Shown: positions 9,478 through 19,076, counted from the first letter of the stretch. The stretch is 37,058 nt of DNA from a virus (IMGVR_UViG_3300017645_000165:1-37058); one strand, 5' to 3'. Notes: generated from the letters alone by a model not told the origin. Translations and numbers: made by a program.

Positions 9478-9574
9478 GATCGGGGCTCCTGCTTGAGGGG
9501 AGCCGACCGCCGGCCCCCTACGGCCGGGAGCCCCGCCGGGCGCACCCGGTCGGGGCAGTGCGGGGAAAGGCCAC

Positions 9575-9799
9575 CTATTCGGCGTGCTCGCCGCGCTTGA
9601 AATAGGCGTCGGTCACCCGCCGCATCTGCTCCGTGTAGAACTCCAGGTTCCCGACCTGGCCCCAGAGGACGTCCTCGGGATCGGCGCCGAAGTGGTTGGC
9701 GCTCATCTGCTGCAGGTCGGCCAGCAGGGCGTCGAACTCGGCCTTCTTGGCCAGGAAGGCGGCGAGGCTCTTCTGCTGGTTGGCTTGCCGCTTGGTCAT
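9575..9799 (-). CDS. Small phage protein of the DUF3489 cluster
   Basis: MTKRQANQQKSLAAFLAKKAEFDALL...HFGADPEDVLWG; GGAGA SD. Confidence 0.75.
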   Translation of the reverse strand: MTKRQANQQKSLAAFLAKKAEFDALLADLQQMSANHFGADPEDVLWGQVGNLEFYTEQMRRVTDAYFKRGEHAE

Positions 9800-9911
9800 C
9801 CCGGTCTCCGTCCTGCTCATCGCGTGACGGACCATTCGCGCTGGGGCGCGCCGGAGCCAAGCGCATCCGGGGCTCATGGAATTGCTATGTTGAGGGGCTC
9901 CCGATCACATC

Positions 9912-10487
9912 ATGATCGCAGTCGAAGGCCCGACGCTGGTGGCCTCGCAGCGCGAGGTGGCGCGCCGGCTCGGGCTCTCCCACACCGCCCTGCAGAAGGC
10001 GCAGCAGGCCGGCCGCATCGCGCCCGAGCCGGGCGGCGGTTGGGATATCGAGAAGGTGCGCGCTGGCCTGGCGGCGAGCAGCGACCCGACGCGCAAGACC
10101 GCGGCCATGACCACCCGCGCGCCGGCGCTGCCGGTCTCTCCGGCACCAGCACCGCGGCCAATGGTCACGCCGCCCGCGGCGGAGCCGCTGCCCGGCGGTA
10201 GCAGCTTCCACAATGCCCGCACGGCCAACGAGGTGCTGAAGGCGCAGGAGCGCAAGCTACGGCTGGAGGAGCGCCGCGGCCAGCTGGTCGACAAGGCGCG
10301 CGCGCTCATGCTGGTGCACCGGCTCGCCAAGGAGGAGCGCGACGCCATCCTCGCCTGGCCAGCGCGGATTGCCGCCGAGCTGGCGGCCGAACTCGGCGTC
10401 GATGCGCACCGGCTGCAGACCCTGATGGACGCACGCCTGCGCCAGCACCTCGCGGAACGCCATGACGTGCGGGTGAGCATCGGCTGA
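9912..10487 (+). CDS. terS: Terminase small subunit
   Basis: N-terminal HTH (SQREVARRLGLSHTALQKA), coiled coil with GQLVD; 1-nt overlap with terL. Confidence 0.8.
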   Translation: MIAVEGPTLVASQREVARRLGLSHTALQKAQQAGRIAPEPGGGWDIEKVRAGLAASSDPTRKTAAMTTRAPALPVSPAPAPRPMVTPPAAEPLPGGSSFHNARTANEVLKAQERKLRLEERRGQLVDKARALMLVHRLAKEERDAILAWPARIAAELAAELGVDAHRLQTLMDARLRQHLAERHDVRVSIG

Positions 10488-12448
10488 TGGCGGGCAGCGA
10501 CATCCTCCCCGAGCTCAGCAGCTTCGATGGCGCGGCCGAGATTCTGCAGGCCTGGCGCGACGGCATGGCACCGGAGCCGGCCCTGCTGGTCTCGGAATGG
10601 GCCGACCAGCATCGCGTGCTCGGGAGCCGCGGCTCCGCCGAACCCGGCCCCTGGCGCACCAGCCGCACGCCCTACCTGCGGGAGGTGATGGACGCGCTGT
10701 CGCCGGCGCACCCGGCCCGGCGCGTGGTGTTCATGAAGGGTGCCCAGGTCGGTGGCACCGAGTGCGGCAATAACTGGATCGGCTACGTCATCCACCACGC
10801 GCCGGGGCCGATGCTGGCGGTGCAGCCCACCACTGAACTGGCCAAGCGCTTCTCCGACCAGCGCATCGACCCGCTGGTCGAGGAGACGCCGGCGATCCGG
10901 GAACGGGTCGCGCCGGCACGCTCGCGGGACAGCGGCAATCGCCAGCTCAGCAAGGAGTTCCCCGGCGGCCAGCTGGTGATGACCGGCGCCAACAGCGCGG
11001 TCGGGCTGCGCTCCATGTCGGCCCGATTCCTGTTCCTCGACGAGGTAGATGCCTATCCCGGCGACGTCGAGGGCGAGGGCGATCCGGTGGCCTTGGCCGA
11101 GGCGCGGGCGCGCACCTTCGGCTGGCGGCGCAAGACGCTGCTGGTCAGCACGCCCACCATCGCCGGCCTGTCGCGGATCGAGCGCGAGTACCAGGCCACC
11201 GACCAGCGGCGCTACTTCGTGCCCTGTCCGCATTGCGGGGCGATGCAGTGGCTGCGCTTCGAACGGCTGGTCTGGGACAGGGGGGAGCCGGAGACGGCGC
11301 GCTACCTGTGCGAGGCCTGCGACGGCAGCATCGGCGAGCAGCACAAGACCGCCATGCTGGCCGCCGGCGAATGGCGCCCGACGGCCGAGGCAGGGGATTC
11401 GCACGCGATCGGCTTCCACATCTCGGCGCTCTATTCGCCGGTAGGCTGGTTCGCCTGGAGCCAAGCGGCGCGGGAGTGGGAGGCGGCGCAGGGCGACGAT
11501 CGGGCGATCAAGACCTTCCGCAACACCGTGCTCGGGGAGATCTGGCAGGAAAGCGGCGAGGCGCCGGACTGGCAGCGTCTCTACGACCGCCGCGAGGACT
11601 GGGAGCCGGGCACTGTGCCGGCGGGCGGGCTGCTGCTCACCGCCGGGGTCGACGTGCAGCGCGACCGGCTGGAAGCGTCGGTCTGGGCCTGGGGGCAGGA
11701 CCGCCAGTCCTGGCTCGTGGAGCACCGCGTGCTGGTGGGCAACCCCTTTGAGGCGGTGGTCTGGGAGGAGCTGCGCGCTCTGCTCGGCGAAACCTGGCGG
11801 CATGCCTCCGGCCACCGGCTCGGCCTGGCCCTGGCGGCGGTGGACAGCGGCGACGGCATGACCACGGCGGAGGTCTACGCCTTCGTCCGCCGCGCCGGCG
11901 CTGGCCGTGCCATCGCGGTGAAGGGCCAGGACGGGCTGCGCGCCGCGGTCGGTCAGCCCGCGGCCACGGAGGTCCGCCGCAACGGCCGGAAGCTCGGGGG
12001 TCTGAAGCTCTGGCCGGTGGGATCGTCCTTCCTCAAGGGCGAGACCTATGGCTGGCTGAAGCTGGAGCGCCCCACCGCCGAGAGCGGCGAGCCGTTCCCG
12101 CCGGGCTACGTCCACCTGCCGATCCACGCGGCGGGCGAGGAGTTCTGCCGCCAGCTCACCGCCGAGCAGCTGGTGGCACGCGCCGGCAAGAACGGCTTCC
12201 GGCGGCTGGAATGGGTCAAGACCCGCGAACGCAACGAGGCGCTGGACTGCCGGGTGTACGCCCGCGCCGCCGCGGCGGCCCTCGGCATGGACGGCTGGGG
12301 CGAGGGGCGCTGGACGCGGATGGCCGATGCGCTGTCGCTGCCGGCACCGATGGAGGCGGCGACGCCTGCGACCGTGGCTCCGACATCACAGACCACCACC
12401 ATGCGGCCGCAGTCGTGGCTCACGCCACGTGGCGGCTGGCTGCGGTAG
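10487..12448 (+). CDS. terL: Terminase large subunit, lambda GpA family
   Basis: RTPYLRE, MKGAQVGGTE, FLDEVD, STPT, CPHCG/CEAC zinc motif, GVDVQ, RNEALDC. Confidence 0.95.
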   Translation: MAGSDILPELSSFDGAAEILQAWRDGMAPEPALLVSEWADQHRVLGSRGSAEPGPWRTSRTPYLREVMDALSPAHPARRVVFMKGAQVGGTECGNNWIGYVIHHAPGPMLAVQPTTELAKRFSDQRIDPLVEETPAIRERVAPARSRDSGNRQLSKEFPGGQLVMTGANSAVGLRSMSARFLFLDEVDAYPGDVEGEGDPVALAEARARTFGWRRKTLLVSTPTIAGLSRIEREYQATDQRRYFVPCPHCGAMQWLRFERLVWDRGEPETARYLCEACDGSIGEQHKTAMLAAGEWRPTAEAGDSHAIGFHISALYSPVGWFAWSQAAREWEAAQGDDRAIKTFRNTVLGEIWQESGEAPDWQRLYDRREDWEPGTVPAGGLLLTAGVDVQRDRLEASVWAWGQDRQSWLVEHRVLVGNPFEAVVWEELRALLGETWRHASGHRLGLALAAVDSGDGMTTAEVYAFVRRAGAGRAIAVKGQDGLRAAVGQPAATEVRRNGRKLGGLKLWPVGSSFLKGETYGWLKLERPTAESGEPFPPGYVHLPIHAAGEEFCRQLTAEQLVARAGKNGFRRLEWVKTRERNEALDCRVYARAAAAALGMDGWGEGRWTRMADALSLPAPMEAATPATVAPTSQTTTMRPQSWLTPRGGWLR

Positions 12449-12469
12449 CAGGCGACACGGCGTGGATCG

Positions 12470-12841
12470 TCACTGCGGCACGGTCATGAGCTCCAGGATG
12501 TGGCCATCCGGATCCTTGAAGTAGACACCGCGGCCGCCGTTCCAGTCGTTGAGCTTGCCGTCCTCGAGGCTCCAGGGGCCGCTTCCGAAGGCGATCCCTG
12601 CCGCCTGCACCCGCTCCAGGATCGCGTCGAATTCGGCGTCGCTGACGTGGAAGGCATAGTGCTGGCTGGTGATCGGCCCGGTCGCATTGGCGAAGTCGAG
12701 CGTCAGCGTGTCGTTGACCCGCACCGGCGCGAAGTGCCCGCCTGGGCCATCGAAGCGCAGCCCAAAGATCTGCGCGAAGAACCGAGCCGCGGCCTCCTTG
12801 TCGCGGGCGGGCACGATCGTGTGGTTGAGCGTGATCGTCAT
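12470..12841 (-). CDS. VOC (glyoxalase/bleomycin-resistance) family protein, moron
   Basis: LNHTIV, QHYAFHVS, GGRGVYFKDPDGHILELMT; strong GGAGG SD; counter-oriented between terL and gpW. Confidence 0.9.
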   Translation of the reverse strand: MTITLNHTIVPARDKEAAARFFAQIFGLRFDGPGGHFAPVRVNDTLTLDFANATGPITSQHYAFHVSDAEFDAILERVQAAGIAFGSGPWSLEDGKLNDWNGGRGVYFKDPDGHILELMTVPQ

Positions 12842-12954
12842 GACCTCCTCCCTTGGCTGTCCTGCCGCTGCTGCGGCCGGCATCTATCGCGGTCGCTGCC
12901 TCTACAGAAGGCGAATCCGTGCCGTTTGATCCCCTGCGCTGAGGGCGCCAATCG

Positions 12955-13191
12955 ATGAACCCTGACGTCCTCGCCTGGGCGCTGGCGCAGCCCGCCGGCA
13001 GCCGCGCCGCGGCACTCGCCGCCGCCTACACCGGCGGCACCACGCGGGTGACCTTCGACGGTCGCACCGTGGAGTACCGCAGCCTCGACGAGCTCGGCCG
13101 CGCCCTGGCGGTGCTGCACGGCGCCGAAAACAGCGCTGCGCGCCGCCCCGCCGTCACGCTCGCCAACTTCTCGCGGGAGAGAACCGGGTGA
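12955..13191 (+). CDS. Head-tail joining protein, gpW-like
   Basis: G.TRVTFDGRTVEYRSLDEL motif; directly upstream of the portal gene. Confidence 0.8.
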   Translation: MNPDVLAWALAQPAGSRAAALAAAYTGGTTRVTFDGRTVEYRSLDELGRALAVLHGAENSAARRPAVTLANFSRERTG

Positions 13192-14726
13192 TCCGACGTC
13201 TCCGCGAGGCCTGGCAGGTGCTGCGCGGCTATGCCGCGGCGGGGGACAGCCGCGCCTCGGCCTGGGCGCCCTCCGGTGGCAGCGCCAATGCCGAAGTCGG
13301 CGCGGCCGCGGCCACGGTCGCGCGGCGGGCCCGCGATGCAGTCCGCAACGACCCCTATGCCGCCCGCATCGTCGACCTGTGGACCGGCAATGCGGTGGGC
13401 GCCGGCATCACCACCCGCTGGCCGGACCAGCGGCACGCCGATGCTTGGCGGCGCTGGGCGGAGAGCACCGCCTGCGACGCCGAGGGCCGGCTCGATCTCG
13501 CCGGCCTGCAGGCTCTAGTCATGCGGGCGGTGGTCGAGAGCGGCGAATGCTTCGTTCGGCTGCTGCCGGCCGAGGTCAGCCCGGCGAACCTGATCGGCCT
13601 CCGGCTGCAGCTGCTGGAGACCGACCACCTCGACACGGCCCGCAACGGCACGGTGGAGGGCCGGCCGACCCTGCAGGGCATCGCCCTCGGCGAGGCCGGC
13701 GAGCCAGTGGCTTACTGGCTGTACCGGGTCCACCCCGGCGCGTCCTGGCTGCTGCCCTCCGGTGGCCGGCTGGACAGCGAGCCCGTGCCGGCCCGCGACG
13801 TGCTGCACGTCTATCGCAAGCGCCGCCCTGGCCAGCTGCGCGACGTCTCCTGGCTGGCGCCGGTGCTGACGCGGCTGCGCGATCTCGGCGACTACGAGGC
13901 TGCCCTGCTGATGAAGGCCAAGATCGAGGCCTGCCTCGCCGCGGTGGTCTCGGAGGAGGGCGAGGAGGCGCTGACCGGCACCGCATCCGGCCTGCTCCGC
14001 GACGCCCAGGGCCGGGCGGTGGAAAGCTTCGAGCCGGGGATGATCCTCTACCGCCGGGGCATGGGCAGCGTGGAGGTGGTGAACCCGAGTGGCGGCGGCA
14101 GCCACGCCGCCTTTGCCCGCCGGGCGCTCGAGGCCGCCGCGGTCGGCACCGGGCTGACCTACGACCAGGTCTCGGGCGACCTGACCCAGGCGAACTACTC
14201 GAGCCTCCGGGCCGGCAAGATCGAGTTCCGCCGGCTCTGTGAGCAGGTGCAGTACGGCATGCTGATCCCGATGCTGGTCCGCCCCGTCGCCGAGCGCTTC
14301 CACCAGCAAGGGGCGCTGCTCGGGTTGTGGGGCCCGGACATACCGGCCGAGGTCAGCCATGTCCCGCCGGCGCATGAGATGATCGATCCACTGAAGGACA
14401 CCACTGCCCTGATCGCCCAGGTGCGGGCCGGCTTCGTGCCGCAGCCCGAGGCGGTCGGCGCCTTCGGCTACGACTTCCGCCAGGCGGTCGAGCTGATCCG
14501 CGCGGCCAATGCCTTGCTGGATGATGCCGGCCTCGCCCTCGACACCGACCCGCGCCGGGTCGCCAAGTCGGGCGCCGCCCAGGACGCGGCGCAGTTGGCC
14601 GCCATTGAGATCGCCGCCACCGGCGCCGCGGGGGAACCCATCGAAGCCGCTGAGCGGCTTCGATGGGGACCCGAGGCCCCACCGCGGCCCGAGCCGGCCG
14701 CCGCAGCACCAGGAGCACAGCCATGA
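13188..14726 (+). CDS. Portal protein, lambda family
   Basis: RARDAVRND, GECFVR, RPGQLRDVSWLAP, GDLTQANYSSLRAG, IDPLKD. Confidence 0.95.
   Translation: MIRRLREAWQVLRGYAAAGDSRASAWAPSGGSANAEVGAAAATVARRARDAVRNDPYAARIVDLWTGNAVGAGITTRWPDQRHADAWRRWAESTACDAEGRLDLAGLQALVMRAVVESGECFVRLLPAEVSPANLIGLRLQLLETDHLDTARNGTVEGRPTLQGIALGEAGEPVAYWLYRVHPGASWLLPSGGRLDSEPVPARDVLHVYRKRRPGQLRDVSWLAPVLTRLRDLGDYEAALLMKAKIEACLAAVVSEEGEEALTGTASGLLRDAQGRAVESFEPGMILYRRGMGSVEVVNPSGGGSHAAFARRALEAAAVGTGLTYDQVSGDLTQANYSSLRAGKIEFRRLCEQVQYGMLIPMLVRPVAERFHQQGALLGLWGPDIPAEVSHVPPAHEMIDPLKDTTALIAQVRAGFVPQPEAVGAFGYDFRQAVELIRAANALLDDAGLALDTDPRRVAKSGAAQDAAQLAAIEIAATGAAGEPIEAAERLRWGPEAPPRPEPAAAAPGAQP
14631..14675 (+). repeat. In-frame palindromic mini-element near the portal 3' end
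   Basis: Perfect 14-bp inverted repeat CCCATCGAAGCCGC-TGA-GCGGCTTCGATGGG (14637-14667), bracketed by GGGGAACCC / GGGGACCC. Confidence 0.6.
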
Positions 14727-16216
14727 CCGCGGGCGCCTACGACTGGGCGGACGACATGCTCAAGATCAAGAGCATGCAGAAGAAGTTCCGCGACAGCTTC
14801 AACGGTACGGAGATCAACGCCTCCCGCTGGGAGGTCGCGGCCACCGGCGGCGGGATCGCCGCGACCGTTGCGGATGGCGCAGTCACCATTTCCACCGGCA
14901 CGACGCTCGACGACGAGCTGACCCTCACCAGCCGGACCACCTTCACCATCCCGCTCCGGGTGATGGTCGCCCTCAACCTGAGCCAGCGCATCGCCGGCCA
15001 GTCGGTCTGGCTGGAGCTGTTGAGCGTCGATCCCGTGACCGGCCTGCCGGACGGCCGCGGCGTCGCGGCCTGGCGGCTCGACGGCACCAGCCCGACCCTG
15101 GCCAACTACGAGGTGGGGAGTGAGGGGGCGCCGCGGCTGGTCAGCGCCGCGGCCTCCACCATCCCAACCACCGCCCCCACCACCTGGTCGGTGCTGGAGC
15201 TCGAGCCGACCAATGACGAGTGCTGGTTCCATGGCCGGCTGATCGACAGCACCGCCGCGCGCTCCAACTCCTATGTCCGCCACCAGCAGATCCCGGAACC
15301 AAATGCCGCCTACCGCTTCCGGATCCGGGTGCGGAACCGGCAGTTCATCAACGGCATCTCGGCGGTGGCCAACAACGGCTCCGGCCTGGTGCGGATCACC
15401 CGCGCCGCGCACGGCTTCACCACCGGCGACAACGTCACCGTGGCCGACGTCTCCGGCGTGCCGGGGGCGAACGGCACCTTCACCATCACGGTGATCGACG
15501 CCAACAGCTTCGACCTGGTCGGCTCCACCTTCTCCGGCGCTTACGTCAACACCGGCTGGGCCTCGGTCAGTCGCAACCTGGCGCCGGCCTCCAGCACCGA
15601 CGTGAAGGTGCAGTTCGTCACCATCGCCGACTACGCCGAACTCACCACCGAGATCACCGCCGGCCGCGGGCAGTCCGTCGCCGGCCAGGGGCTCGGGGTC
15701 AACGTTCTCAGCACCGTCGCCCCGGGCGTGACACCGGTCGGCGGTCAGGCCCGCAACACCAGCGGTGCGGTGCCGGTACTGGCCGCGACCGGCTACTCGG
15801 TGAACCCCTCGGCGGTGACGACCGGCCGCGGCGTCGACCTGCTGGCGACGCTCATCGGCGCGCTGGTGACCAAGCCCTACGCCATCCCGGAGGCGGACTG
15901 GCAGTACGCTGCGGCCGCGGGCGGAATCACGAACACCACCGACGTCGCCATCAAGGCCGCAGCCGCGGCCGGCATCCGCAACTACGTCACCGCCATCGAC
16001 CTGCGGAACGCCCACGCCACGGTGGCGACCGAGGTGGTGATCAAGGACGGCGCGACCGTGATCTGGCGGCAGCTGCTGCCGGCGGCGATGCCGGCGCCGG
16101 TCGAGATCACCTTCCCGACGCCGCTCAAGGGCAGCGTGGCCACCGCGCTGAACGTCGCCTGCCTGACCACCGGCGCGCAGGTCTACGTCAACGCCCAGGG
16201 CTTCAGCGCACCCTGA
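14723..16216 (+). CDS. Putative virion structural protein (beta-rich, possibly head decoration/fibre)
   Basis: AGGAG SD and ATGA overlap with portal; Thr/Val/Ala/Gly-rich; ITRAAHGFTTGDNVTVADVSG...NGTFTITVIDANSF resembles the FCCH-like beta domain seen in phage structural proteins. Confidence 0.65.
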   Translation: MTAGAYDWADDMLKIKSMQKKFRDSFNGTEINASRWEVAATGGGIAATVADGAVTISTGTTLDDELTLTSRTTFTIPLRVMVALNLSQRIAGQSVWLELLSVDPVTGLPDGRGVAAWRLDGTSPTLANYEVGSEGAPRLVSAAASTIPTTAPTTWSVLELEPTNDECWFHGRLIDSTAARSNSYVRHQQIPEPNAAYRFRIRVRNRQFINGISAVANNGSGLVRITRAAHGFTTGDNVTVADVSGVPGANGTFTITVIDANSFDLVGSTFSGAYVNTGWASVSRNLAPASSTDVKVQFVTIADYAELTTEITAGRGQSVAGQGLGVNVLSTVAPGVTPVGGQARNTSGAVPVLAATGYSVNPSAVTTGRGVDLLATLIGALVTKPYAIPEADWQYAAAAGGITNTTDVAIKAAAAAGIRNYVTAIDLRNAHATVATEVVIKDGATVIWRQLLPAAMPAPVEITFPTPLKGSVATALNVACLTTGAQVYVNAQGFSAP

Positions 16217-16241
16217 GGCGCCGCACCAGGACAAGCCAAAC

Positions 16242-18338
16242 ATGAGCGAGAACACCGAGCCGGGTCGGGACCGAAGCACTGCTTCGGTCGCCGCGCCGGA
16301 CACCCCTGCCGTGCCGATCGTGGCGCAGCGCGCCCTGGCCGCGCCGGCCACCGTCGACCGTGCCGCCCGCACCGTCGAGGTGGTCTGGTCCACCGGCGCC
16401 CGGGCGCGCAACTTCGTCCCCGCCCTCGGTCTGATCACCGAAGAGCTGGAGATGTCGCCGAGCGCAGTGCGCATGGACGCGCTCCGCTCGGGCCAGGCCC
16501 CGGTGCTGAACACCCATCGCCGCGGCGATGCCCGCGACGTGCTCGGCCGCGTCACCGCCGCCCGCCTCGAGCGCGGCCGCGGCTACGCCACGCTGCAGTT
16601 CTCCGCCGCCCCCGACGTGGAGCCGGTCTGGCAGCGCATCGCCGACGGCACGCTGCGGGCGGTGAGCGTCGGCTATCGCGTGCTCCGCTACGAGCCGCGG
16701 CCCGACGCCGCCACCGGCGAGACCGTCCACCGCGCGGTGGATTGGGAGCCCTTCGAGATCTCCGTCGTGCCGGTCCCGGTGGACCGCGACGCCGCGGTAC
16801 GGGCGCAGGGGGAACAGGGCCTCTCCGCGCCGGCTATCGAACCCGCCCTGCCTGACGAGGACCCACCCATGCCCGAGACGACGCCGGTGAGCCCGGCTGC
16901 CGACCCGGCGACGTCTGCGCTGTCCGCCATTCCGCCCCAGGAGCCCCCCGTGCCGTCCACCCCGTCCAGCCTGCCGGAGCCCATCCGTACGGCGCCGGTC
17001 CCCCTCGATCTCGAGGCCGTCCGCGCCGAGGCCGAGCGCGCCGAGCGGGGGAGGATCACCGGCATCGACGCCGCCATCGAGGCGGCCCGCGCCCTGCTGC
17101 CTGCGGACCGCATCGCCCCGCTGCGCGCCGAGGCGGTCGAGCGCGGCTGGTCGCCCGATGAGACCCGGCGGCGCCTGTTCGATGTCCTGGTGACGGCGGG
17201 CCCGCGCCCCTCCATCCCCGCCCGGCCCGAGACGGGGCCGGCCAATGACGATCCGGCGGTGCTGATCGATGCCATGGCCGAGGCGCTCGCCGCCCGCTCC
17301 ATGCCCGGCTACCAGCCCCAAGGGGAGAATGGTCGGAATGGCCGGCACGTTGAGTTCCTGGGCTGGCGGCCCTCCGACATGGTCGGCGAGCTGCTCCGGG
17401 CCCGCGGCGAGCGCAACGTGCCGCGCAACCCGACCCTGCTGGCCGAGCGCGCCTTCCACACCACTTCCGACTTCCCGCTGCTGCTCTCGGCCGCGGCGAA
17501 CAAGATGCTGCTCGCGGCCTACGCCCCGGCGGCGCCCAGCTACCGGCAGATCTTCCTCCGGCGCGACTTCCGCGACTTCAAGCCGCACCGGCACCTGCGC
17601 GTCGGCGACTTCCCGACCCTGCTGCCGCTGCTGGAGAATGGCGAGATCCAGGCCGGCACCATGTCCGAGAGCCAGGAGATCGTCCTGCTGCAGACCTTCG
17701 CGCGGCGGATCCGGGTGACCCGGCCGATGCTGGTGAACGACGACCTCGGCGCCTTCACCGACTTCGCCAGCATGATCGGGCGGCGGGTGGCCGATTTCGA
17801 GAACGCCACAGCTTATGGCCTGCTGAACAGCGCCAATGGCGATGGCCCGACGCTCACCACCGGCAACACGGCCGTGTTCGCCACTGGTGCGGCGCGGGCC
17901 AATAAGGCAAGCGCCGGCACCGCGCTCGACCTGCCGAGCCTGGCGGTCGGCCGTGCGGCCATCATGAAGCAGAAGACTCTCGATGGCCTGCCGATCGCGG
18001 TCGGCTCCTCCATGCGCCTGCTGGTCGGGCCGAACCAGGAGCTGGCGGCGCGGCAGCTGACGGTGAGCGTGACGCCCGGCCAGACCTCGAACGCCAACGT
18101 CTTCGCCGGCTTCGTCCAACCCCTGGTCGAGCCGCTGATCCAGGCGAACCGCTGGTACCTGTTCTCCGACCCGGTCAGCGCGCCGGTCTACGTCTATGGC
18201 TACCTAAACGGGGCCGAGGGGCCGCAGGTCACGACCGGGCCGGTCTCCGGCGTCGATGGCGTCGAGGTCAGCGTGATCTTCGACTTCGGCGTCGGCGCCA
18301 TCGACTGGCGCGGCGCCTGGTTCAACCCCGGCACCTGA
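16242..18338 (+). CDS. Prohead protease / major capsid protein fusion
   Basis: Protease motifs PVLNTH, VSVGY, WEPFEISVVPV; Pro-rich linker; capsid motifs HTTSDFP..L, DFK, NDDLGAF, DFGVGAIDWRG. Confidence 0.92.
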   Translation: MSENTEPGRDRSTASVAAPDTPAVPIVAQRALAAPATVDRAARTVEVVWSTGARARNFVPALGLITEELEMSPSAVRMDALRSGQAPVLNTHRRGDARDVLGRVTAARLERGRGYATLQFSAAPDVEPVWQRIADGTLRAVSVGYRVLRYEPRPDAATGETVHRAVDWEPFEISVVPVPVDRDAAVRAQGEQGLSAPAIEPALPDEDPPMPETTPVSPAADPATSALSAIPPQEPPVPSTPSSLPEPIRTAPVPLDLEAVRAEAERAERGRITGIDAAIEAARALLPADRIAPLRAEAVERGWSPDETRRRLFDVLVTAGPRPSIPARPETGPANDDPAVLIDAMAEALAARSMPGYQPQGENGRNGRHVEFLGWRPSDMVGELLRARGERNVPRNPTLLAERAFHTTSDFPLLLSAAANKMLLAAYAPAAPSYRQIFLRRDFRDFKPHRHLRVGDFPTLLPLLENGEIQAGTMSESQEIVLLQTFARRIRVTRPMLVNDDLGAFTDFASMIGRRVADFENATAYGLLNSANGDGPTLTTGNTAVFATGAARANKASAGTALDLPSLAVGRAAIMKQKTLDGLPIAVGSSMRLLVGPNQELAARQLTVSVTPGQTSNANVFAGFVQPLVEPLIQANRWYLFSDPVSAPVYVYGYLNGAEGPQVTTGPVSGVDGVEVSVIFDFGVGAIDWRGAWFNPGT

Positions 18339-18362
18339 GCCACCGCACTCCCTTCGACGCCG

Positions 18363-18782
18363 TCAGATCCGGGTGGGGGCGAAGGGGTTGCGCACCGTGA
18401 CGCCGCGCCAGGTGAAGCCGTCCTGCAGGTCCTCCGACAGCAGCATCCGGCACTCCGCCTGCGCGGCGGCGGCCAGCATCACCGAGTCCCAAAAGGCGAG
18501 GCGGTGGGCGGTCGCCACCTCCATCGCCTCGACCACCACCGCCGGCGTCGTCCCGATCACCGGGTAACTGTCGGACCAGCCGAGCACGGCACTGCGGGCC
18601 TCGGCGGCAGCACGCCGGGCCTTTCGGGTCAGCACCACGAATAGCTCGCCGAGGGCCTGGGCGGGGATCACGACCTCCTCGCCGGCGAAGCCCCGCAGGA
18701 TGTCGAGCGCGGTGCTCCGGCGCTCCTCGCCGTTCACCCCTTCGGCGTAGGCGAGGACATTGGTGTCGAGCGCGAGCCGCAT
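18363..18782 (-). CDS. vapC: PIN-domain (VapC-like) toxin
   Basis: LALDTNVLAYA, QALGEL, FWDSVM, LLSEDLQDG...VRNPF. Confidence 0.9.
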   Translation of the reverse strand: MRLALDTNVLAYAEGVNGEERRSTALDILRGFAGEEVVIPAQALGELFVVLTRKARRAAAEARSAVLGWSDSYPVIGTTPAVVVEAMEVATAHRLAFWDSVMLAAAAQAECRMLLSEDLQDGFTWRGVTVRNPFAPTRI

Positions 18783-18783
18783 C

Positions 18784-19041
18784 TCAGCGCTCGTAGAGCT
18801 CGTCGCGGGTCCAGCGCCCGACATCGATCACGGGCTGGGCGGCGAGCCGCGCCAGCAGGGCTGCGCGTGCCTCTTCCTGTCGCGCCTCGGCGGCGGTCGG
18901 ACGCATGCGTCCGACGGGCACCAGCTTGGCGACCGGCTTGCCATGCGAGGTGACGACGAAGGTTCGGCCCTCCTCGCGCACCTCGCGCAGCAGGCGAGAG
19001 AAGGACCGATTGGCCTCGGCGGCGGAGATGGCTTCGTCCAT
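18784..19041 (-). CDS. Phd/YefM-family antitoxin
   Basis: ISAAEANRSFSRLLREV...VVTSHGKPVAKLVP; C-terminal RWTRDELYER; immediately upstream of the PIN gene. Confidence 0.9.
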   Translation of the reverse strand: MDEAISAAEANRSFSRLLREVREEGRTFVVTSHGKPVAKLVPVGRMRPTAAEARQEEARAALLARLAAQPVIDVGRWTRDELYER

Positions 19042-19047
19042 ATGGCG

Positions 19048-19076
19048 AGAATAGTGATTTGCACTACTTTCCGCAA
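19048..19076 (-). promoter_or_regulatory. TA promoter with palindromic operator; probably a leaderless mRNA
   Basis: Minus strand TTGCGG-N17-TATTCT, then 6 nt to the ATG; TAGTG-N5-CACTA palindrome at 19052-19066. Confidence 0.7.
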
